Origin: Gemmatimonadota bacterium | Lineage (GTDB): Bacteria > Gemmatimonadota > Gemmatimonadetes > Palauibacterales > Palauibacteraceae | DNA: 64,000 nt | Assembly: GCA_965116475.1 (NCBI GenBank) | Contig: OZ220691.1 | Location: forward strand, 1,376,001 to 1,440,000 | Direction of reading: 5' to 3' | In this document: piece after piece, positions 1-9,252 of the stretch | Layout of the letters: every line of letters begins with the position of its first letter | Position numbering within the stretch: position 1 is the first letter of the stretch | Position numbers and translations under genes: made by a program | Notes under the pieces: generated by a model | Told to the model about the DNA's origin: nothing | The model's input: the letters and a program-made list of their open reading frames with translations, nothing else | Database searches by the model: none

Positions 1-1042
1 CGCTGAACGTGTAGCCGGTGTTGAGCCACACCTTGAGGTCGTCGTTGACCTCGGGCGACCCCCAGATCTGGGCCGTGGGCGTGCGGACGGCGCTGTTGCC
101 GGCTCCGAGGAGCGCGATCGCGTCGGCGCGCTGGATGGCCCGGTCGGTCGGATCCTGGTTGCCGTATTCGACACTCAGGTTGGCGAAGCCGGTAGCCCCC
201 AGGGGGACCCCGACGTTGCCGGAGACGGTGAGCATGTCGCCGTCGCCCTCGTAGTAGCTGCCGCTCTTGACCTCGATCATTCCGCCGTCGCGGTCGTCCT
301 TCAGGATGAAGTTCATCACGCCGGCGATGGCGTCGGACCCGTACTGCGCCGAGGCGCCGTCGCGGAGGACCTCCACCTGCCGCAGCGCGATGCCGGGAAT
401 GGAGCCGATGTCGACGCCCTGGGCCCCGTCCGAGAGACCGGCCCCGAGCCACGTGATGATCGACCCGCGGTGCCGCCGCTTCCCGTTGATCAGCACCATG
501 GTGTGGTCGGACGCGAGCCCGCGCAGGTTCGCGGGACGTGTGATCGTGGCCGCGTCGCTGATAGGCTCGACGCGGACGTTGTAGGACGGGACCGCGGTGC
601 GGAGCAGGAAGTCGATGTTCGTCTCCGCCTGCCTGGTGATCTCGGACACCGGGATCACGTCCACGGGCACCATCGACTCGGTCACCGTCCGCGGCTGCGT
701 ACGGCTTCCGACGACCACCAGCTCGCCGAGGTTGATCGCCTGGAGTGCCAGCGCGAAGTCCTGGTTCGCCGTCTGGCCGCTCGCGACCGAGACCGTCTGC
801 GTCTGAATCGCGTAACCGATGAGCCGGACTTCGACGACGTGGTCGCCGGCCGGGACGTTGGAAATCGAATAGGCGCCGCCGGCGCCCGAGCCCACCGATA
901 TGTCGAGCGCGGGGATCGCGACCCTCGCGCCGCTGAGGCCGGCGCCGGTCTCACTGATCACCCTGCCCTCGATCGTCCCCTGGGCAACGGCCGCCGCCGG
1001 CAGCGCCAGAAAGGCAAGGGCGAGGAATGCTCGTTTCAGCAT
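1..1042 (-). CDS. TonB-dependent receptor, N-terminal part (runs off window edge)
   Basis: Read manually on the minus strand (not in the ORF track because it has no stop in the window). MLKRAFLALAFLALPAAAVAQ signal peptide, carboxypeptidase-regulatory-like domain (GTIEGRV...VRLIGY), TonB-box-like LVVVGSR, plug motif IAQYGSDAIAGVMNFIL-type (VLRDGASAQYGSDAIAGVMNFILK). AGGAG RBS 6 nt upstream of the ATG at 1042. Confidence 0.9.
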   Translation of the reverse strand, partial: MLKRAFLALAFLALPAAAVAQGTIEGRVISETGAGLSGARVAIPALDISVGSGAGGAYSISNVPAGDHVVEVRLIGYAIQTQTVSVASGQTANQDFALALQAINLGELVVVGSRTQPRTVTESMVPVDVIPVSEITRQAETNIDFLLRTAVPSYNVRVEPISDAATITRPANLRGLASDHTMVLINGKRRHRGSIITWLGAGLSDGAQGVDIGSIPGIALRQVEVLRDGASAQYGSDAIAGVMNFILKDDRDGGMIEVKSGSYYEGDGDMLTVSGNVGVPLGATGFANLSVEYGNQDPTDRAIQRADAIALLGAGNSAVRTPTAQIWGSPEVNDDLKVWLNTGYTFS

Positions 1043-1161
1043 ACTCATCTCCTGAGGTTTGGTCCTGTCAAATTCCGAATGGTCGGTTCAACACAGGTCG
1101 GCTCGACACTTCCCGTCCTCGGGGGCCCGAGCCGGAGGCCCCCGGAACGTCCGGAGAGGCC

Positions 1162-2079
1162 CTAGAGCGGAGCCCAGGGCATCTCGAGTGATCTCCACAT
1201 GTGCGCGACCGGACTGTTGTCGTACCCGAGACCCTCCTTTGGCTGCTTGAAGTGGCGACCGATGATGTCGATGAACGGATCCAGCGAGACCTCCATGCCA
1301 TCCTGGAAGGCATAGGTGTCGTTCACGCAGATCATGCGGGCCGAAACATACAACGGGTGGCCCTTCGCGTACTCCGCCGCCTGCTTGATGTAATCCGGCG
1401 GGATGTAGTCCTCGCCGAAGATCCGGTTGTACAACTCGGGGTATTCGTACCCGTACTCCTCGTCAGGGTAGAAGCGCAGCGCGCCGTGATACCGGATGCC
1501 CCAGCTCACGTACTCGGGAACATACGGTTCGTAGAGCTGTGCGCCCCACCAGCCATGATCCACCTTGATCAGGTTCTGCACCGTGTCGTGGAGCAGGCCG
1601 GCGAGGACGTTCTCCTCCGGCTGCCCGTCATTCAACGCGTGAGTCGCGCTCTGCAGGACATGCCGGGCGGGCCAGAACCGCTTGCGGAAGAAATCCTCCA
1701 GCGTGGGATTCGCCGGGAGGGGTTCGAGAACCTCGTCGCTGGGCCTGAACAGGTTGCCGGTTCCGCGGGGAGGTCCGACCTCCTGCCCGGGACCGTGGCC
1801 GTCGTCGTGGCCGTCGTCGTGGCCGTCGTCCGCGAGCTCGGCCTCGGCCTCCGCGGCCTCCGCCAGCAACTCGTTCTCGTCGAGGAGCCGCGGGTCGAGG
1901 TCTTCGGTCCGCGGGACGGGCCCGTGATGGTGATGATGATCGTGGGCGTGGCCCGGATCCTCGCCGTCGAGGAGATCGCACATGTAGTGCTCCAGGGCCT
2001 CCGCCTTGTCCTCGGGCGTCATCACCGCGAGGGCACCGGCGCCAACCGATGCGAGGAACTTTCTTCGGTCGATCTCCAT
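1162..2079 (-). CDS. HD-domain metalloprotein (PhnZ/MIOX-like) with twin-arginine-like N-terminus and His-rich linker
   Basis: DRRKFL motif; RHVLQSA..LLHD..DHGWWG..RYHG..ND metal-ligand pattern; HAHDHHHHH stretch. Alternative GTG start at 2088. Confidence 0.8.
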   Translation of the reverse strand: MEIDRRKFLASVGAGALAVMTPEDKAEALEHYMCDLLDGEDPGHAHDHHHHHGPVPRTEDLDPRLLDENELLAEAAEAEAELADDGHDDGHDDGHGPGQEVGPPRGTGNLFRPSDEVLEPLPANPTLEDFFRKRFWPARHVLQSATHALNDGQPEENVLAGLLHDTVQNLIKVDHGWWGAQLYEPYVPEYVSWGIRYHGALRFYPDEEYGYEYPELYNRIFGEDYIPPDYIKQAAEYAKGHPLYVSARMICVNDTYAFQDGMEVSLDPFIDIIGRHFKQPKEGLGYDNSPVAHMWRSLEMPWAPL

Positions 2080-2206
2080 GATTCCCACCGGGCGCTGGAG
2101 GTTACGCGACGGTTACACGTTCAAGGTGGATAAACAGGCGCGAGACCGCTAGGTGTGGCGGTGACGGGAAGCGTCGCGAGGTCACTCGGGAAATCGCGAA
2201 CCCCCG

Positions 2207-2242
2207 AAAAAAAGGGGGCATCCCGTCCCGGACGCCCCCTTT
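2207..2242 (-). terminator. Rho-independent terminator downstream of the cold-shock gene
   Basis: Minus strand AAAGGGGGCGTCC-GGGACG-GGATGCCCCC-TTTTTTT: GC stem followed by a T7 tract. Confidence 0.85.
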
Positions 2243-2284
2243 CTTCTCCCTGTCTCTCGACGCGACGCATGACCTACCGGCGGA

Positions 2285-2497
2285 TCAAAAGGCCTGCTTG
2301 ACCACGTTCTCGGCCTTGGGGCCTTTCGGCCCGTCGACGACATCGAGTTCGACCTTCTCACCTTCCGCCAGACTCCGAAAACCATCCGCCTGGATCGCCG
2401 TGTGATGAACGAAGACCTCCGCCGATCCATCATCGAGCGCGATGAACCCGAAGCCCTTCTGGTCGTTGAACCACTTGACTGTGCCGCTTCTGCGCAT
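2285..2497 (-). CDS. cspA: cold-shock protein (CSD)
   Basis: 70 aa; [15 protein letters not shown] (RNP1) and VFVH (RNP2); AGGAG RBS upstream of the ATG at 2497. Confidence 0.95.
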   Translation of the reverse strand: MRRSGTVKWFNDQKGFGFIALDDGSAEVFVHHTAIQADGFRSLAEGEKVELDVVDGPKGPKAENVVKQAF

Positions 2498-2600
2498 GCC
2501 CGTGCTCCTGAAGGTATTGGTGTCGCCGAGAGTACGGGCTTGCCGCACATGCCGACCACAATGCCGGCGAACCTGATACGGTTCGCGTTTTCCGGAGCCC

Positions 2601-2629
2601 AGAATACACGGGAAATTTGCGGTTGTCCA
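2601..2629 (-). promoter_or_regulatory. putative sigma70 promoter of the csp gene
   Basis: Minus strand TGGACA-17 nt-TATTCT, implying a ~95-nt 5' UTR, in line with long csp leaders. Confidence 0.6.
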
Positions 2630-2648
2630 TGCGCCGGGCGGGACGCGT

Positions 2649-3425
2649 CTATTTCCCCACGGACAGGAAATCCCGCAGCCGGAGTTTCGTCTGGTGGTCC
2701 TGCATGCGCACGCCACGCATGTTCTGGCCGCGAATGTAGGTCCGCTGCCAGCCCTGTTGAACCGCCTCCTCCTCCTGGGCGTGGAGGTCGTCGATGAACT
2801 GGGCCCGGGACTCGTTCCATGCCGTGTACTGTTTCGCGACGAGCTTGTCGTCCCACAACTCCCGGGTGCGTGGGCGCACGTTCTCGAGATAGTGCCGCGG
2901 CATGGGGATGATCCGGCAGATGGGTTCCCCTTCGTCGAAGCGGATCCAGTGCTTGGGCCGGGTGACCTTCCAGTTCATCGTGAACGAGAACGGGGCCCAG
3001 TCGGTCTCGATGATCCCGTCGAGCGGGACGATGCCGTCCTTGGGAAGGTTGGGGCAGCCTCGCGCCCAGAGGTTGTGACCCTTCGTGGTGCGGAACAGGT
3101 AGCCGGGCGTGAACGTCAGGACTCCGCTCCCGAAATGGCTCGCGATGGCGGGGTGCGGCTCATCCTCCCAGCGAAACCGGATGGAGTCCAACCCCACGCC
3201 GCCGTCCCAGCGCAGCCAGAACTTCGTGGGGCAGAGCAGATCCCAGCCGGCCTGGTTCGCGATGAGGAGCGGCAGGCAGCGGTAGGCGAAGCGGTCGGGC
3301 GTTTCGTCCATCCACTCGCGGCGCTGTTCGCCGATCGCGATCTCGAGGGCGGTCTCGGCGACCCGGAACGCCGTCAGTTCGATGCCGCGCGCGGTCTGGG
3401 GCCGCGCCTTGGCCTTCTTCGCCAC
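2649..3425 (-). CDS. DUF6065-like protein
   Basis: R.WMD.T...[37 protein letters not shown] and GWQ..Y motifs recognised as this family. Confidence 0.75.
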   Translation of the reverse strand: MAKKAKARPQTARGIELTAFRVAETALEIAIGEQRREWMDETPDRFAYRCLPLLIANQAGWDLLCPTKFWLRWDGGVGLDSIRFRWEDEPHPAIASHFGSGVLTFTPGYLFRTTKGHNLWARGCPNLPKDGIVPLDGIIETDWAPFSFTMNWKVTRPKHWIRFDEGEPICRIIPMPRHYLENVRPRTRELWDDKLVAKQYTAWNESRAQFIDDLHAQEEEAVQQGWQRTYIRGQNMRGVRMQDHQTKLRLRDFLSVGK

Positions 3426-3440
3426 GGGGAGCCGTTCGCC

Positions 3441-3992
3441 CTACCGGGCCGCCGAGACCCGGTTCGCCGGCCCGCCTCCGCCTCCGCCCTCGGAGGATTC
3501 GACGAGCGACTTGCCGAGATCCAGCGGCACCAGCCGGCCACCGATCTCCGCGACGCCCTGTATGCGGACCCAGCGGTCGAGAAGCGTGACCTGCAGCACG
3601 GTCTCGAACGCGTCGGTCGTTGCGCCGGGGTCGATTTTCATCGTGATCCTTCGCGCGGCGACATCGTACTCCCACGACCCGTAGAGCCGGGTTTCCAGCG
3701 TCGTACCGCCCGGCCCGAGTCCGGTCAGCGTGATCCGTGAACTCAGGTTCTGGATCGACCCGAAGACGAGACGGACATCGGAGCCGGGGGGGAGGGGCTG
3801 GAAGTCGTCGGGAAGATGCGGCACCTGGCGCCTGAGGAGCTCCAGCGGCCGATAGGCGCCCACGATGGTGTGATGGACGGTCCGGTACGCGGGCCCGTAC
3901 GGGTTGTTGTCCAGTTCGCACGCCGCCATGCCGCCGGCGAGGGTGGCGACGGTGGCCGCGCACGCGATGTTCCGGACCCGCGGGGATCTCAT
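3441..3992 (-). CDS. hypothetical lipoprotein
   Basis: ATG at 3992 after GGAGG; signal peptide ending MAAC (lipobox-like). Confidence 0.6.
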   Translation of the reverse strand: MRSPRVRNIACAATVATLAGGMAACELDNNPYGPAYRTVHHTIVGAYRPLELLRRQVPHLPDDFQPLPPGSDVRLVFGSIQNLSSRITLTGLGPGGTTLETRLYGSWEYDVAARRITMKIDPGATTDAFETVLQVTLLDRWVRIQGVAEIGGRLVPLDLGKSLVESSEGGGGGGPANRVSAAR

Positions 3993-4242
3993 GAACCCTC
4001 CAGCACTGGTTTCGACCGGTATGCCGCACCCCCCGGGCGCGGCCAAGCCGGCCGGGGAGCGCTCTGAATAAGAAACCCTCCAGCGTCGCGCGGGCAACCC
4101 GGCGTCTGCACGTCACGCGCCTCTCCACTCCCGCCGATCGAGGCCCGGACCGTCAGGCGTTGCGCGGGATGACTCCGGTTGACAGGGTCTTGGCGAGGTC
4201 AACCGCGCCCCGACTCGATACTCGAACCCGGTTCGTTGAGAC

Positions 4243-5484
4243 ATGCTCACGATACGCCCCATCCGCCGCGCGCTCGTGCCCGTCGATTCCGCGGCCGCGC
4301 GCCGCGTCTCCGCGCTCAACTACGACGAGTTTCAAGGGGACCACGAGATCTGGGAGGCCATTCGGGACGCGCCGGATTCGGTGCTGAACGTCACCATGGC
4401 GCACTGCGCCGTGGCGAGCCCGGATCGGATCCTGAGGGGAGACTCGGCGGAGTCGCTCGCGCGGGCGCGCCGCAACTTCGAGCGCCTGCACGCCTCCCCG
4501 CTTACGCAGGAAGTGAAGACGACCCTGTACATCTACGAGATCGTGGATCCGCAGCGCCCCGGCGTCCGCCAGATCGGCCTGGGCGGGTTGGCGCGCACGG
4601 ATGAGATTCGGACAGACGACACGCCGGAGGGACCGATCATCCGGAACGAAGGGGTCCGCCCGCCCAAGGCCAGGGGACGCGCCCGACTCATCGAAGCGAC
4701 GGGCGCGATCATCGGGACCGTGAACAACGCGGTGCCGGACGAGTCCGGGGCGTTCGCGGCGGCGCTCGAGCGCCACGCCGACGCGACCCCACCGGACTTC
4801 GAGGCCGGGGGCTCGGGAGGCACGACCCATCGCATCTGGCTCGTTGCGGAGCCGGGGGCCATCGCGCGCCTCCAGCGACTGCTGGCGATGGAGCCCGAGG
4901 CGTACGTCGCCGATGGCAACCACCGGAGCGCGGCCGCCGCAATGCTGGGACGCGAGTCTTTTCTCGCCGTGTTCTTTCCGGCGGACCGGATGGGAATCTC
5001 GCCCTACAACCGGCTGGTCCGGCTTCCCGGCGAACGCGACGCGACCGCCGTTGACGCGGCGCTGGAGCGCTCATTCGAAGTGTCGGCCGCCGGGGAAGAG
5101 GCTCTTCAGCCGTGCGAGACCCACGAGATCGGGGTCTATGCCGCCGGGCGCGGCTGGCGGCGCGCCTTGCCGCGGGCCGGCGTCTACGACGAGGCGGACG
5201 CCGCTGCCTCCATCGACCACGATATCGTGCAGCGAACGCTGCTGGCCGATCTGGGCATCGCCGACGCGGCGGACGACCGGCTGACGTTCGTGGGCGCGAA
5301 CAGGGATGCCGCGTGGCTCGCGGCCGAGGTGGACGGGGGTCGGGCGGACCTTGCCGTCACCCTGCCGGCCGTGACGATGCGTCAGTTCGTCGCGGTGTGC
5401 CGGCAGCGGCGGATGATGCCCCCCAAGTCGACCTGGTTCGAGCCCAAGATCCGCAGCGGACTCGTCATGGCGCATCTCGACTAG
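4243..5484 (+). CDS. DUF1015 family protein
   Basis: YD motif near N-terminus, YVADGNHRSAAA, C-terminal MPPKSTWFEPKIRSGL characteristic of DUF1015. Confidence 0.88.
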   Translation: MLTIRPIRRALVPVDSAAARRVSALNYDEFQGDHEIWEAIRDAPDSVLNVTMAHCAVASPDRILRGDSAESLARARRNFERLHASPLTQEVKTTLYIYEIVDPQRPGVRQIGLGGLARTDEIRTDDTPEGPIIRNEGVRPPKARGRARLIEATGAIIGTVNNAVPDESGAFAAALERHADATPPDFEAGGSGGTTHRIWLVAEPGAIARLQRLLAMEPEAYVADGNHRSAAAAMLGRESFLAVFFPADRMGISPYNRLVRLPGERDATAVDAALERSFEVSAAGEEALQPCETHEIGVYAAGRGWRRALPRAGVYDEADAAASIDHDIVQRTLLADLGIADAADDRLTFVGANRDAAWLAAEVDGGRADLAVTLPAVTMRQFVAVCRQRRMMPPKSTWFEPKIRSGLVMAHLD

Positions 5485-7111
5485 CACTCGCTTGCGTTTG
5501 CCGCCGGGAGAGGTCGCGAAGCGCGGTGCGGTCGACCTTACCCAGGTGCGTCCTGGGCAGGTCCTCCGCGACGTGAACGGCGGCGGGCGTCTTGTACGAG
5601 GACAGCCGCGAAGCGACGAATTCCCTCAGTTCCGGTGCAAGCTCGCCGGCTCGCGCGACGGCCGGTTCGGTCGGGACGACCCAGGCGACCGGCTCTACGA
5701 GACCTTCGGGCGTCGGCACCCCGACGACGGCGGCCTCCGCCACCGCGGCGTGCCGAAGCAGGCAGTCCTCCACCTCGCCGGGCGACAGCCATTTCCCCTT
5801 GACCTTGAGCATGTCGTCGCCGCGCCCGCAGTAGCGGAAGACGCCCCGTTCGTCGCGAACGACCATGTCGCCGGATACGTACCATTCGCCCTGGAACGCC
5901 TCCGCCGTCGCTGTCGCCCGCTGCCAGTACCCCAGCGCCCGCGACCCCCCGCGGACCCGGAGCCAGCCCACTTCACCGTCCGGAAGCTCTCGACCCTCGT
6001 CGTCGCAGACCCGCACCTCGAACCCCGGCACCGCGCGCCCCAGCGTTCCCGGATGCACCTCGTCGGGGCGGTTGCTCAGAAAGATGTGCCACATCTCCGC
6101 CGTCCCGAGGCCGTCCAGCAGCGTCACCCCCCAGCGGTCGCGCCAGCGCCGGTGAAGTTCGGGCGGGAGCGCCTCACCCGCCGAGGTCGCCAGGCGAAGG
6201 CTCGAGAGGTCGCTCGCACCGGCGTCCGGGTGCGCCACCATGTGGCGGATCATGGTGGGGACGTTGACGAGCACCGTGGGGCGGAAGCGCGCGATCATCC
6301 CGAACAGGACATCCGGACTGCAGCGCTCCGGGAAGAGGGCCGCGGTCGCGCCGACCGAGAAGGGGAAGAAGAGGTTGGATCCGGTGGCGTAGCCGAAGAA
6401 CAGCTTGGGGACCGAGAGCGTGACGTCGTCCTCCGTCAGGCCCAGCACCCGCTTGCCGTAACATTCCGTCGTGTTGGCGAACGAGGCGTGCGTCTGCACG
6501 ACGCCTTTCGGGCGGCCGGTCGTCCCGCCGCTGAACAGCCACAGGGCGGGGTCGTCCCGGTGAGTCGGATACGGTTGCAGCGTCGCGGGCTGGGCGCGCA
6601 GCCGCTCCGCGAAGGCGGGGTCGTCCACGACGAAGGTCTTGCGCGGCGCGGAAGTACCTTCGCGCCATGGGATTCCGGCTTCATGAACCGTTCCGGATGT
6701 CGGCGCCGCGGGCATCGCCTCGCGAAAGAAGGGCGCACGGCGGGAGTCCACGAGAAGGACGGCGCCGCGCGTGTAACGGAAGAAGTACGATATCTCGTCG
6801 CGCCGGAGATACGGGTTCAGCATGACGCCGACGGCGCCGATGCGGAGCGTGCCGAAGAGGGCGGCGACGAAGTCCGGTCCATCCGGGAGCGCGATGAGGA
6901 CCCGCTCCTCCGGTCGCACGCCCGCGCCGCGCAGGAGATGGCCGTAGCGGTTCGCCAGCGCCTCGACCTCCGCGTAGGTCTTCTCGCCGGCGGCCGTGAG
7001 GAGCGCGCGCCGGCCACCCCGCCCTTCCCGGATGCGGTCGCCCAGGAAGTACTCGGCAATGTTGAAGCGCTCGGGCGGATCGAAGATCGGCTGGGGCGTG
7101 GCGTCTCGCAT
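5465..7111 (-). CDS. benzoate/anthranilate-CoA ligase family (AMP-binding)
   Basis: FSGGTTGRPKG P-loop, SVPKLFFGYATG, SAGEALP, DGLGTAEMWHIF, GRGDDMLKV, LPRTHLGK; divergent from the aromatic degradation operon. Confidence 0.9.
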   Translation of the reverse strand: MRDATPQPIFDPPERFNIAEYFLGDRIREGRGGRRALLTAAGEKTYAEVEALANRYGHLLRGAGVRPEERVLIALPDGPDFVAALFGTLRIGAVGVMLNPYLRRDEISYFFRYTRGAVLLVDSRRAPFFREAMPAAPTSGTVHEAGIPWREGTSAPRKTFVVDDPAFAERLRAQPATLQPYPTHRDDPALWLFSGGTTGRPKGVVQTHASFANTTECYGKRVLGLTEDDVTLSVPKLFFGYATGSNLFFPFSVGATAALFPERCSPDVLFGMIARFRPTVLVNVPTMIRHMVAHPDAGASDLSSLRLATSAGEALPPELHRRWRDRWGVTLLDGLGTAEMWHIFLSNRPDEVHPGTLGRAVPGFEVRVCDDEGRELPDGEVGWLRVRGGSRALGYWQRATATAEAFQGEWYVSGDMVVRDERGVFRYCGRGDDMLKVKGKWLSPGEVEDCLLRHAAVAEAAVVGVPTPEGLVEPVAWVVPTEPAVARAGELAPELREFVASRLSSYKTPAAVHVAEDLPRTHLGKVDRTALRDLSRRQTQASASRDAP

Positions 7112-7273
7112 CGGGCTCCATCGGGCTCCATCGGCGCGGCCGTCCGGTCCGTCCGCGGTCCGCCGCGGTGTCTCGAAGAACCGGCCTCGCACGGTATGCG
7201 CGGCCCGGCGCGTCTACAACCGACCCGGCCCGCCGGACTTGCGCCCTTCCCCGGCACGGCGTAGCGAGACTCC

Positions 7274-8038
7274 ATGACTCTGCACAGGCTTTCGGACCTC
7301 ACCTGGGAGGAGGTCGGGGCGCTCGACCTCGATCGAACGGTGGCGATCCTGCCCGTGGGAGCGACCGAAGCGCACGGCCCCCACCTGCCTCTCGACACCG
7401 ATGTCACCATCGCGGAAGCGATGGCGGAAGCCGGCGCGCGACGACTCTCGGCGCTCGGTCTGGAGGTCGTGGTCCTCGACGGCCTCCGGTACACGCCCGC
7501 CGCGTTCTCCGCGAGCTTCCCCGGCACGATCGATATCGGGGCCGCGACGCTCACCGCCCTGCTCGTCGACATCGCCGCCAGCCTGCGCCGGGCCGGGATC
7601 GCGACCCTGGCGATCGCGAACGCGCACTTCGACCCCGCCAACCTCGAGGCCCTTCACGCCGCCGCCACGGCGGCCGGCGGAGGTGACTCCATGCGCATCG
7701 TGTTTCCCGATGTCACGCGGCGGCCGTGGGGAAGCCGGCTCACCGAGGAGTTCCGGAGCGGCGCCTGCCATGCCGGGCGGTACGAGGGTTCGATCATCCT
7801 GGCCCGTGATCCCGGACGCGTGCGCGAGGAGATCATGCGCCAACTGGAGGACAATCCGGTCTCGCTCTCCGCCGCGATCCGGGCTGGAGTGGAAGACTTC
7901 GCGGAAGCGGGGGGCACGCAGGCCTATTTCGGCTACCCGTCGCAGGCGACGGCGGAAGAGGGACGTGCTACCATTGAGACGCTCGGCGACATCCTCGCCG
8001 CGGCGGTGAGCGAAGCCCTGGGAGAGGAGAAAGAGTGA
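7274..8038 (+). CDS. creatininase-family amidohydrolase
   Basis: LTWEE, PVGATEAHGPHLPLDTD, NAH and HAG..E motifs. Confidence 0.88.
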   Translation: MTLHRLSDLTWEEVGALDLDRTVAILPVGATEAHGPHLPLDTDVTIAEAMAEAGARRLSALGLEVVVLDGLRYTPAAFSASFPGTIDIGAATLTALLVDIAASLRRAGIATLAIANAHFDPANLEALHAAATAAGGGDSMRIVFPDVTRRPWGSRLTEEFRSGACHAGRYEGSIILARDPGRVREEIMRQLEDNPVSLSAAIRAGVEDFAEAGGTQAYFGYPSQATAEEGRATIETLGDILAAAVSEALGEEKE

Positions 8039-8817
8039 GTCTTGCCGGACGTGGCGCGCTCGTCACGGGCGGGGGGCGCGGCATCGGAGCCGCCGCGGCG
8101 CGGACGCTGGCCGTCCGGGGCGTCCGGCTGGTCCTGGCGGCGCGGAGCACGCCGGAGATCGAGGCCATCGCGGCCGAGCTGCGGGGCCGGGGGGGCGAGG
8201 CGTGGCCGGTGACGTGTGACGTGTCGGACCCGGCGAGTGTGGAGGCTCTATGCCGCGAGGCCGGGAGTCGGCTCGGCACCGTGGACATCCTCGTGAACAA
8301 TGCCGGCGTGGCCAGTTCGGCCCCGGTCGCGAAGCTCGCGCTCGAGGAGTGGGAACGGCTGTGGCGCATCAACGCGACCGGCTCGCTCCTCGCGATGCAG
8401 GGCGTGATGCCGGCCATGGTGGAACGCGGCTGGGGCCGGATCGTGAACGTCGCCTCCGTCGCCGCGCTGCGGGGAGGGCGCTACATGGCGGGCTACGCCG
8501 CGTCGAAGCATGCCCTGCTCGGGCTCACGCGCTCCGCCGCGGCCGAAGTGGCCGGCGCCGGGGTCACGGTGAACGCGGTCTGTCCCGGCTACGTCGACAC
8601 CCCGATGACGGATGCCACGATCGAGAACATCGTGAAGCGAACGGACATGGAGGAGACCGACGCCCTCGACGCGATTCTTGCGACGACACCGCAGCGGCGG
8701 CTCATCGCCCCCGGGGAGGTCGCGGCGTCGATCGCGTTCCTGTGCGAAGATGACGCGCGGAGCATCAACGGCCAGACCGTCGTGCTGGACGGCGGCGCCA
8801 CGGCGGCGCTCCCGTGA
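8035..8817 (+). CDS. SDR oxidoreductase (3-hydroxyacyl-CoA dehydrogenase-like)
   Basis: TGGGRGIG, NNAG, YAASK, NAVCPGYVDT; GTGA overlap with the upstream gene. Confidence 0.92.
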   Translation: MSLAGRGALVTGGGRGIGAAAARTLAVRGVRLVLAARSTPEIEAIAAELRGRGGEAWPVTCDVSDPASVEALCREAGSRLGTVDILVNNAGVASSAPVAKLALEEWERLWRINATGSLLAMQGVMPAMVERGWGRIVNVASVAALRGGRYMAGYAASKHALLGLTRSAAAEVAGAGVTVNAVCPGYVDTPMTDATIENIVKRTDMEETDALDAILATTPQRRLIAPGEVAASIAFLCEDDARSINGQTVVLDGGATAALP

Positions 8818-9221
8818 CCGACGCGTTCGAGGTGCTGAACCCGGCCGCGCTCGGCGAGCCGCGGGGCTGGAACCACGGCCTCCTCGCACCGCCCGGCGGG
8901 CGCGTGCTGTTCGTCGCCGGACAGACCGCGGCCGGATCGGACGGAGGCGTCGAGACGCCCGACTTCGCCGCCCAGTTCGCGCTCGCGCTCGATCGCGTGC
9001 TGGCGGTCGTGCGGGCGGCGGGCGGAGAGCCCTCGCACATCGGACGGATAACCATCTACGTGACGGATCTCGCCGCCTACCGGGACGCCCGTTCCGAGCT
9101 GGGGGCGGCGTGGCGCGCCCGACTGGGCCGGCACTACCCGGCCATGGCGCTCGTCGAGGTCAGCGGGCTCGTCGATGCCGGCGCGCAGGTCGAGATCGAA
9201 GCGACCGCCGTCCTGCCGTGA
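8814..9221 (+). CDS. RidA/YjgF family protein
   Basis: LFVAGQ, YPAMALVEV.GL, VEIEATA. Confidence 0.9.
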   Translation: MTDAFEVLNPAALGEPRGWNHGLLAPPGGRVLFVAGQTAAGSDGGVETPDFAAQFALALDRVLAVVRAAGGEPSHIGRITIYVTDLAAYRDARSELGAAWRARLGRHYPAMALVEVSGLVDAGAQVEIEATAVLP

Positions 9222-9252
9222 CCCCGCATCGCCCCCTGGAAGGAAGCGCGCC

